Shown one piece after another: positions 24,830 to 32,000 of a stretch of 32,000 nt of DNA. The DNA comes from an uncultured Planctomycetia bacterium. Its GTDB lineage: Bacteria; Omnitrophota; Gorgyraeia; Duberdicusellales; 4484-171. A program made the position numbers and the translations under genes. The notes under the pieces were generated by a model. That model was not told the origin of the DNA and did no database searches. It saw nothing but the letters and a program-made list of their open reading frames with translations. Location: contig CAZHYN010000015.1 in assembly GCA_964536865.1 (NCBI GenBank), forward strand, positions 1 to 32,000, read 5' to 3'. The first letter of the stretch is position 1, and every line of letters starts with the position of its first letter.

Positions 24830-27146
24830 AGAGATAGGTGTCCTTATTATCTTTATATTTTTCTTCTTTGTTTTATTCAAAAAAATATTATTTGGAAAGG
24901 TATTTTTTCGGGGTGACATTTTTTTTATGCATCTTCCTGTATTTGAGTATTGGAGAGGGAATTTTTTTTCATTAGATAGTATTTTATGGTCGCCTTCTAT
25001 CTTTTTTGGATATCCTTTAGCTTCCAATCCCCAATTTGGATTATTTTATCCACTAAATTTAATTTTCGTATTTCTTTTTAAAGATACTCTGTATGCTTTA
25101 AATCTATTAATAATCTTCAACTACTTCTTAGGACTTTTATTTACTTATATCTATCTCAGAGAACTACAAATTTCTAAATTTGGCTCTTTGATAGGTAGTA
25201 TTTGTTTTATTTTTAATAGTTTCATGCTTGATTATCACGATAGCCTTCATGCTCTTTCAACAATGATATATTTACCATTGTTATTATTTATAATTGAGAA
25301 AATATTTAATGATGGAAAATTTTTATATATTGCCCTTTCAGCCTTATTAGTCGGTCTTCAGCTTTTAGCTGGACATAGCCAATATTTTTATATCTCTTGG
25401 ACGATAGTGGTCATCTATATTCTATATAAGGTAATTTCTCAGAAAAAATCCCTTAAAAAATCTATAATAATATTCTCTTCTATTTTTATAGTTGGATTTC
25501 TAATTGCCTCTATACAGCTTCTTCCTGCTTATGGTCTTGCGCAATTTTCTTCTCGTAATCTCGCAGTGCCTTCGGCTCTATCTTTGATATCTGAACGTGA
25601 AAGTGAGAGTTTAACTCTACAGAAGATTTTAGGGTTCTTTTTTTACCATTTTGGAATAAGGAAAGATTCTCCCTTTCAGCCCTGTTTTTTAGGAACTTTT
25701 CCTTTCATTCTTGGAACATTAGGAGTCAACTTTAAAAATAAAAAAGTAAATGGTCTATTTTTTCTGTTTATATTTGGCTTCTCTTTCTTACTGTGTTTAG
25801 GTAGATGTAGTTTTTTTTATGACCTCTTTAGCTATTTACCTTGGTATTCTTATTTTCACGATCCTCTCAAATGGGAGTTCATTTTAGTCTTTTCTATATC
25901 TGTACTTTCTGCATTAGGTGTTGAAAATCTGAAAAAAGTAAATTTTCTTTGGGTTATTTCAATGATAATTTCAATTTTTATACTATGCTTAATTGGATTT
26001 TTATTTTTACTTTATCATTTTGATTTGTTAAAAATAGCGATAAACGATGTTCTTTTTACTTTCGCTATAACAGTTTTCTTTATTATTATTTTGTTTGTTT
26101 TTGAAAAGTATAAAATTATTATAAAATCACTTATTTTTATTTTTTTTCTTGCTATCATCTTCATTTATAGTCATAGAAGTATAAGGGAAATTGAAAAGAG
26201 TTTGATTGACAAGAACCGAAAGAAATTAGAGAAATTTTCAAAAGTTTTGGATGATTTAAAGCAAAAAGATAATAGCAGAATTTACTTACATAAGGAGGCT
26301 AATTTTTTTTCAATTTTTTCTTACCATCTTTATTTATGGTTATATAATTTGAAACCTCGAGTGGACAAAAGATACATATTTTCTTATCTCGATTATCCAA
26401 TGGGTAATAACCTTCTTCCTTTTAGGATTCAACACTGTTCTGGTTATGCATCCCTTATTCCTGCAAGATACCTTGAGTTTACTAAAACCTCTATGGAAAT
26501 ATCTCCAATAAGGATGATGGGATATCCTGATTTTATTTTTTATCCTAATTATTTATTTTTAAGCAATATATCCATAGCTGTAGTTCCTAAGATCAGAGAT
26601 AATAAATACTTTCATACAGAGAGTTTATTTGAGAAAGTTTACGAAAATAATCAATTTGATATCTATCGAGTAAAAACCCTCTCCGAGAGAGCCTATTTTG
26701 CTAAAGATTTTATCGTAGAAAAGGATAGACACAATATTTTGGATATTTTAAAAAAGGATACTTTTGAGCCTAAGGAGGTTGTTGTCTTGGAGAAAGCTTT
26801 AGCTATTATTGAACCTAGGAGGGAGAAGAAACATGAAAGTTATAAAATTAACATAGAAGAATACAGCAATACAAGTATTGATATAAGTTTAGAGACAAAT
26901 TCTAGTGGTTTTCTTGTTTTATTAGATTCTTTCTACCCGGGATGGGTGGCCTATTTGGATGACAGAAATGTAGAAATTTTAAGAGCGAATTATCTATTTA
27001 GAGCAGTGTATATTCCTGAAGAGGGAAGACACAGAATAGTTTTTAGGTATAAGCCATATTTATTTAGAGTAGGCTGTTGGATAAGTATTTTGACCTTATT
27101 TTTTCTTTTGGGTAGTCTGAAGTTTGCTAAAAAAGAAGTATTTTAG
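24816..27146 (+). CDS. YfhO-like GT-C membrane glycosyltransferase
   Basis: About 12 or more TM helices with an early W.P..FFGYPL...PQ.G.FYPLN block. The C-terminal globular domain ends SGFLVLLDSFYPGWVAYLDDRNVEILRANYLFRAVYIPEEGRHRIVFRYKP plus a terminal TM, which is the YfhO family tail. 14-nt overlap with the upstream gene. Confidence 0.7.
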   Translation: MRKYKEIGVLIIFIFFFFVLFKKILFGKVFFRGDIFFMHLPVFEYWRGNFFSLDSILWSPSIFFGYPLASNPQFGLFYPLNLIFVFLFKDTLYALNLLIIFNYFLGLLFTYIYLRELQISKFGSLIGSICFIFNSFMLDYHDSLHALSTMIYLPLLLFIIEKIFNDGKFLYIALSALLVGLQLLAGHSQYFYISWTIVVIYILYKVISQKKSLKKSIIIFSSIFIVGFLIASIQLLPAYGLAQFSSRNLAVPSALSLISERESESLTLQKILGFFFYHFGIRKDSPFQPCFLGTFPFILGTLGVNFKNKKVNGLFFLFIFGFSFLLCLGRCSFFYDLFSYLPWYSYFHDPLKWEFILVFSISVLSALGVENLKKVNFLWVISMIISIFILCLIGFLFLLYHFDLLKIAINDVLFTFAITVFFIIILFVFEKYKIIIKSLIFIFFLAIIFIYSHRSIREIEKSLIDKNRKKLEKFSKVLDDLKQKDNSRIYLHKEANFFSIFSYHLYLWLYNLKPRVDKRYIFSYLDYPMGNNLLPFRIQHCSGYASLIPARYLEFTKTSMEISPIRMMGYPDFIFYPNYLFLSNISIAVVPKIRDNKYFHTESLFEKVYENNQFDIYRVKTLSERAYFAKDFIVEKDRHNILDILKKDTFEPKEVVVLEKALAIIEPRREKKHESYKINIEEYSNTSIDISLETNSSGFLVLLDSFYPGWVAYLDDRNVEILRANYLFRAVYIPEEGRHRIVFRYKPYLFRVGCWISILTLFFLLGSLKFAKKEVF

Positions 27147-27150
27147 AATT

Positions 27151-28095
27151 ATGAGTTTTATCCCTAAGATTATTAGTTGGATTTTAACTTATCGCTGCAA
27201 TCGGAATTGCATATATTGTGGTTCTCCTAGTAACCAAGGAGAATTATCTACCAAAGAACTCATTATATGTGCAAAAAAATTGAAGGATTTTGGAGTAAGA
27301 AGAATTTATTTTACTGGAGGAGAACCTTTGATTAGAGAAGATTTTGTTGAGATTGTCAATGTTTGCAGTAAGATGGGTTTTTTAGTTTATCTTAATACAA
27401 ATGGTGATTATATTGGAAGAGTAATCGGTGATATCAAGGATGTTAAGAAGGTAACTTTAAGTTTGGATGGACCTGAAGAAATTAATGATAGTATAAGAGG
27501 TGAGAATAGTTATAAGAATACTATAGAAGCTGTTGAGATTCTTAAAAGGAGAAATTTTGAAGTGAGTTTTTATACTGTTCTTTCTGAATTAAATTCTTTC
27601 CCTTTCGTAATTGATCATATACTTAATATAGTTAAATTCTTTAAAGCAACGGTTTTTTTTCAGCCAGCTAAGAGGTATCTTTTGAGAAATCCAAATGTGA
27701 AAAACCCCATTTTTCCATCCAAGGAAAAATACAAAAATATTATAAATTATATCTTTGATAGAAAGAGGCGAAATTATCTCTACATTGCCAATTCTTTTTC
27801 TGGACTAAAACATCTGGGTTACTTCCCAGAAGGAAAAGTTATTAACTGTGCAGGGACTCGATTATTTTATCGACTCGAGAATAATGCTGATCTTATAATA
27901 TGTAGCCAAAATAGAACTGTTTTTGGAAATCTTTTGAAAGATGATATTAGGAAATTTCCCTCCGGAAAAAATATTAAGTGTTCAAATTGTACTTTTGCCG
28001 CAAAGGTAGAAGCTAATTTGATATTTCAAGGTAATTTGGAGAGCAGCATTAATTATGTTTTAATTTCTTTTTTTAGGAAGTACTTTAACAGATAG
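27151..28095 (+). CDS. radical SAM protein with Cys-containing twitch/SPASM-like tail (MoaA/PqqE-like core)
   Basis: LTYRCNRNCIYC (CxxxCxxC), FTGGEPLIRED, YLNTNG, SLDGPEEINDSIRG. The C-terminus has C.G(x15)C...CSNC. ATG 27151 lies 4 nt after the upstream stop; the track TTG 27124 is unlikely. Confidence 0.85.
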   Translation: MSFIPKIISWILTYRCNRNCIYCGSPSNQGELSTKELIICAKKLKDFGVRRIYFTGGEPLIREDFVEIVNVCSKMGFLVYLNTNGDYIGRVIGDIKDVKKVTLSLDGPEEINDSIRGENSYKNTIEAVEILKRRNFEVSFYTVLSELNSFPFVIDHILNIVKFFKATVFFQPAKRYLLRNPNVKNPIFPSKEKYKNIINYIFDRKRRNYLYIANSFSGLKHLGYFPEGKVINCAGTRLFYRLENNADLIICSQNRTVFGNLLKDDIRKFPSGKNIKCSNCTFAAKVEANLIFQGNLESSINYVLISFFRKYFNR

Positions 28096-28100
28096 AAATA

Positions 28101-30527
28101 ATGAAGAATGAGAAGACTCCTTTCTTTCTAATCTTTTTAAGCTTTTTTATCTTTTTTCACAATATCTTTTTATCTTTTTATCATTTTACTCTACATGCCG
28201 AGCGTTTCGATAAACATTTTCTTTTTTCGTATTACCTCTATCACTATAAATCGTCGCTGTGGTTGCCCCATCTTTATTTAGGAATGCCTCTTTTTTCCAA
28301 TATAGAGCAAGGTTTTTTCTATCCCTTTTCTATTTTGACAAAAATTTTACCTCCTGTATGGTGTATTAATATGATTTTTATTGTTCATTTTCTGTTCGGT
28401 GGAATTTTTATTTATCTTTATGCAAAAAAGATAGGCTTGAGTAAAGAAGCTTGTTTGGGGGCTGTTTTTGTCTTTCTTTTTAATGGTTTTCTTTTGGGAA
28501 GCTATACTCATATGTTTGTTTTACAAAGTTATGTATACATTCCTCTTCTTCTTTATTTATCCGAAAAGTTTTTTGAAAATAAAAAATATATCTGGTTGAT
28601 TCTAATTGGTTTATCTTTAGGGCTCCAAGCTCTAACCGGAATGTTTCAATTTTTTTATTATACAGTATTGTTTTTGGCAGGATATTTTTTGTTTAAAAAA
28701 ATAATTTTAGGTTTATCTCTGCATAGGTGTTTTATGGTATTTATTTTTGTATTGATAATTAGCCTTGGAATTTTTGCGGTCCAATTTTTCCCTGTTTATG
28801 AACACTATTTGTTTTCAGCAAGGAAGTTTGCCTCTTTTGCTCAAGTTATGGATAGGCCTGGAGATACACTACAATTTTTAAATATTTTAGATTTTGTTTT
28901 TCCCGAATATATACAAGGTGATTTTGTAAATGCATTTAGTCCTGGCCATTTTGGTATTATCTCACTATTTTTGGCCCTGATAGCCATCTTAAATTATAAA
29001 AAAGCAAAATATAAAAATTATATTCTATTTTATAGTATATTTTTTATATTAACACTTTTACTCGCTGTAGGTAAATATACCCCTTTATACTACATACTTT
29101 ATCATTTAAGAATACCAGGGTTTTCTGTCTTTAAGAAGCCTTTACGAATAGAAGTTTTAACTATGTTTACATTAGCAATCCTTGTCGGTGAGGGTATAGA
29201 GATTCTAAGAAAAGTTGTTATTTCTCGCAAACAAATTTTCTTATATTTGTGTATCTTTTTTATATTTGCAATCCTGATTTGCTTCCACTTGCAAAATCAA
29301 AAAGTTGCACTTTCTAATCCAAATTATTCGCAGATAATCAACCCGGAAAGATTCCCTATTGGACTTTTAAAATTTCTTCATTCTCTTAGTATTAGGAACT
29401 TTTTTATTTTGATATTTTTAGCTTCAATTTTCTTCATTTCATTGGTTATAAAACTTAATTTAAGATTGAAGTATTATTTACCTATTCTAATTTTTCTTAA
29501 TTTATATTTATTTAGAAATTTTGATACACCTTTTTTTGCTTCAGGTGAACTTAAGTCTTCTTGGTTTAGAGAGCCTGAAAGCGTTAGTTTGATTAAGGAT
29601 AAATATAGTAAGTTATATAGAGTTGCTTCATTGGCTAATGATGATATATCAGGATGTTCGGAATCGAATATTAGAAGTCTAGAAGAAAAAGCTAATTGGT
29701 ATAATTTAACTTCATTATGTAGAGCTAAGCAATTTTACTGGACAAAGAAAACCTTGATTGAAAATACGCCTATTATTTATGATTTACATTCTTCTCTTGG
29801 ACACATTGTATTACCTACTCAAAGATATCTTGAGTTTGTGAAAACAGATCTAGAAATAGACCCTATGTCGAGTGAGTCGTATAATGACTTTATATTTCAT
29901 CCCAATTTTTTAAGTTTAACATCGAGTTCTTTTGTGATTGTTCCTCGCTGGCAAGATAAACCTTATTTCCATAATAGAGATCTGTTTGAGAGAATTTATG
30001 AAGATGATGAATTGTATATTTACTACTACCGATGGGCTTTAAAAAAGATCTTTTTTGTGCAAGATTATATTATAATGAAAAATAGAGAAGAGATATTGTC
30101 TTTCATTAAAAGTTCTCATTTCGATCCTAAAAGGACTGTAATCATTGAGACAATTCCTAAAAATTTTCAGCCAATCGATAAATATAGATATAATTTAAAG
30201 CCTAAATATACTTTAGAGATTAATGATTATCAAAATGATTTTGTTGAATTAAAACTTTCCACGGATACTTCAGGCTTTCTTGTTTTTCTCGACGCTTATC
30301 ATCCTGGTTGGAAGTCTTATATAGATGGGAAAGAGAATAGAGTCTTAAGAGCAAATTATATATTTAAGGCTATTTACATTCCTGATGGAGGGAAGTATAG
30401 AATCACTTTCAAATATAAGCCATTCTCTTTTAAAATAGGATGTATAATTAGTTGTTTAACGGCTGTCTTTTGTATTTTTGGGACGATTGTATGGAGAGAG
30501 AAACAAATGTGGCTAAGGATGAGCTGA
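28101..30527 (+). CDS. YfhO-like GT-C membrane glycosyltransferase, paralog of 24816-27146
   Basis: Same architecture. C-terminal SGFLVFLDAYHPGWKSYIDGKENRVLRANYIFKAIYIPDGGKYRITFKYKP plus a terminal TM. Shares the RYLEF.KT..EI.P......DFIF.PN.L.L block with the paralog. Confidence 0.7.
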   Translation: MKNEKTPFFLIFLSFFIFFHNIFLSFYHFTLHAERFDKHFLFSYYLYHYKSSLWLPHLYLGMPLFSNIEQGFFYPFSILTKILPPVWCINMIFIVHFLFGGIFIYLYAKKIGLSKEACLGAVFVFLFNGFLLGSYTHMFVLQSYVYIPLLLYLSEKFFENKKYIWLILIGLSLGLQALTGMFQFFYYTVLFLAGYFLFKKIILGLSLHRCFMVFIFVLIISLGIFAVQFFPVYEHYLFSARKFASFAQVMDRPGDTLQFLNILDFVFPEYIQGDFVNAFSPGHFGIISLFLALIAILNYKKAKYKNYILFYSIFFILTLLLAVGKYTPLYYILYHLRIPGFSVFKKPLRIEVLTMFTLAILVGEGIEILRKVVISRKQIFLYLCIFFIFAILICFHLQNQKVALSNPNYSQIINPERFPIGLLKFLHSLSIRNFFILIFLASIFFISLVIKLNLRLKYYLPILIFLNLYLFRNFDTPFFASGELKSSWFREPESVSLIKDKYSKLYRVASLANDDISGCSESNIRSLEEKANWYNLTSLCRAKQFYWTKKTLIENTPIIYDLHSSLGHIVLPTQRYLEFVKTDLEIDPMSSESYNDFIFHPNFLSLTSSSFVIVPRWQDKPYFHNRDLFERIYEDDELYIYYYRWALKKIFFVQDYIIMKNREEILSFIKSSHFDPKRTVIIETIPKNFQPIDKYRYNLKPKYTLEINDYQNDFVELKLSTDTSGFLVFLDAYHPGWKSYIDGKENRVLRANYIFKAIYIPDGGKYRITFKYKPFSFKIGCIISCLTAVFCIFGTIVWREKQMWLRMS

Positions 30528-30563
30528 TTCTTAATAGTATTTTTGTCATAATTAAAGACGGCT

Positions 30564-31541
30564 ATGAGAAATAGGACCTTATATCATCGATATAAATTAC
30601 TCTTTTCAATATTTCTTACTATGGGAATATTTTTCGTTCTATTTTCGAAGATAAAAATAGAGGAGGTTATAGGAGTTTTAGGACATGTAAAACCAGCTCT
30701 ATTTTTTTTAGCCGTTTTTATTTCAATCGCAAACAATATATTTTTATCCTCTGATAAATGGCGTCGAATTCTTCATGTTTTTGGTAGAGATATTACTCTC
30801 AAAGAAGCAATATTTATGAAGATGGGTAGTGATCCCATAATTAGCATACTGCCTATGAGAGCCGGGGAACTAACAAGGGTTGTTTATTTGAGGCAGTGGC
30901 ATAATTTTTCTTTTTTGAAGGGCTTTAGCTCAATCTTTTTTGAATTGGGGCTAAACTTCTTAGCTGTCTTATTTTTCATTTCAGTAGGTCATTTAATTTT
31001 GAACTTTAGCTTGATTAGTATAATTTCTTACATCTGTTTTTTAAGTTTAATCTTGTTTATAACAAGAAAGATACTATTTAAGCTAAGAATGAAAGAAGAG
31101 CTTATAAATTCTATAAGAGGATCTCGAATTAACATTTATAATTATCTTAGGGAGATTATCTATGTTTACAATAAGATTGGAAATAGAAGGTTATTAACTT
31201 TATTCATTTATTCTACAGTTTTTATAGCTTCTGAGTTAGCTAATTTTTACATATTGAGTGAAGGGCTAGACCTATCTATTCCATATCCATTAGTTTTTAT
31301 TTTCATTCCCTTAACTACAGTTATAACCAGTCTTCCCATTACTCTATTTGGTTTAGGGACAAGAGAAGCTGCTATTATTTTCTTTTTCTCGAAATATGGC
31401 TCTTTAAAACAACTGTTAAGTTTAGGTATTTTATATTCCTCTGTGGAATACCTTCTCCCTGTAGTTATTAGTTTAGTATATACGAAGCCTTTTATAGATA
31501 GATTGGTAACTACTAAAGAGGATTTTGGAAATTTAACATAA
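30564..31541 (+). CDS. UPF0104 / flippase-like membrane protein, paralog of 23960-24829
   Basis: Polytopic. LPMRAGELTRVVYLRQ loop motif and late GLGTREA motif. Confidence 0.65.
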   Translation: MRNRTLYHRYKLLFSIFLTMGIFFVLFSKIKIEEVIGVLGHVKPALFFLAVFISIANNIFLSSDKWRRILHVFGRDITLKEAIFMKMGSDPIISILPMRAGELTRVVYLRQWHNFSFLKGFSSIFFELGLNFLAVLFFISVGHLILNFSLISIISYICFLSLILFITRKILFKLRMKEELINSIRGSRINIYNYLREIIYVYNKIGNRRLLTLFIYSTVFIASELANFYILSEGLDLSIPYPLVFIFIPLTTVITSLPITLFGLGTREAAIIFFFSKYGSLKQLLSLGILYSSVEYLLPVVISLVYTKPFIDRLVTTKEDFGNLT

Positions 31542-31553
31542 AAAATTGAAGTG

Positions 31554-32000
31554 ATGTCGAGAATATTATTTTCCATTGGAAAGTCCTTTATAAAGTTTAA
31601 ACTGCTTAGATATAAAATTCCGTTGGTAGTAAGTTGGATGTTGACCAGTAGATGCAATCAGAGATGTTCTTATTGTAAGATCTGGGATGTGAAATTTAAC
31701 GAACTAAATACAAAACAGATTTTTTCTATAATAGATGAGTTAGTTTCAATGGGAACCAAGATTATTATATTTACAGGAGGAGAACCACTTTTAAGAGAGG
31801 ATATCGGCGAAATTATAACTTATACTACTTCAAGGGGTATTTATGTAAGTCTTAATTCAAATGGAGTATTGATAAAGAAGAGGATAAAGGAGATTAAAGG
31901 AGTAAATAGGATAAAATTGAGCATCGACGGTCCCAGACAAATACATGATTCCCTAAGAGGAGAGGGTTCTTTTGATAAAGTTATGGAGGCGATTACCATA
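31554..32000 (+). CDS. radical SAM protein (5' part; runs off the window), paralog of 27151-28095
   Basis: Not in the ORF track because it is open-ended. ATG 31554 opens MSRILFSIGKSF...VSWMLTSRCNQRCSYC (CxxxCxxC), FTGGEPLLRED, SLNSNG, SIDGPRQIHDSLRGEGSF, with no stop to the window end. Confidence 0.8.
   Translation, partial: MSRILFSIGKSFIKFKLLRYKIPLVVSWMLTSRCNQRCSYCKIWDVKFNELNTKQIFSIIDELVSMGTKIIIFTGGEPLLREDIGEIITYTTSRGIYVSLNSNGVLIKKRIKEIKGVNRIKLSIDGPRQIHDSLRGEGSFDKVMEAITI

Noticed and set aside
5247-31657. Minus-strand track ORFs nested antisense in + strand genes (5247-5459, 5515-5835, 6280-6726, 7695-7937, 9003-9383, 15146-15547, 17356-17538, 21509-21709, 23119-23622, 24803-25027, 31247-31657)
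   Set aside because: Each lies fully or largely inside a well-supported + strand gene or pseudogene. They have low-complexity, Leu/Ser/Phe/Lys-rich translations typical of shadow frames, and I see no family motifs or ribosome-binding sites.

Overview
Low-GC bacterial chromosome segment. It uses the standard genetic code: TGA clearly acts as a stop at several coupled gene junctions. All credible intact genes are on the + strand.

(1) 1-11.05 kb is a housekeeping block. It holds tRNA-Met, a decayed tRNA 3' fragment, tRNA-Val, a COG1579 zinc-ribbon protein, an RNase HI-like protein, YebC, RuvC, RuvA, ScpB, MetK, AhcY, a DUF4139/MuiA-like exported protein, a PfkA-like kinase and a class II aldolase-like protein.

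(2) 11.05-15.7 kb is a gene-decay zone. It contains a PqqD-like gene with an in-frame TGA, a 5'-truncated and frameshifted rve-type transposase remnant (- strand), a shattered GT2 glycosyltransferase, one intact GT9 gene, and a multiply disrupted DUF362-ferredoxin gene.

(3) 15.8 to >32 kb is a tightly packed, visibly more AT-rich envelope-glycan locus. It encodes a GT39-like GT-C enzyme, two B12-binding radical SAM enzymes, an SDR epimerase/dehydratase, a DegT aminotransferase, and two paralogous sets of UPF0104 flippase-like protein, YfhO-like GT-C enzyme and small radical SAM enzyme. An IS110-family element splits this locus.

Most interesting observations:
- the duplicated UPF0104/YfhO/radical-SAM modules;
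- the Arn-like aminosugar pathway carrying B12 radical SAMs;
- the structured GC-rich RNA-like blocks around and inside the IS110 transposase frame (bridge-RNA candidate);
- a heptanucleotide tandem repeat translated inside ahcY;
- an att-like duplication of the tRNA-Met 3' end.

All family calls rest on remembered motifs, not database searches.
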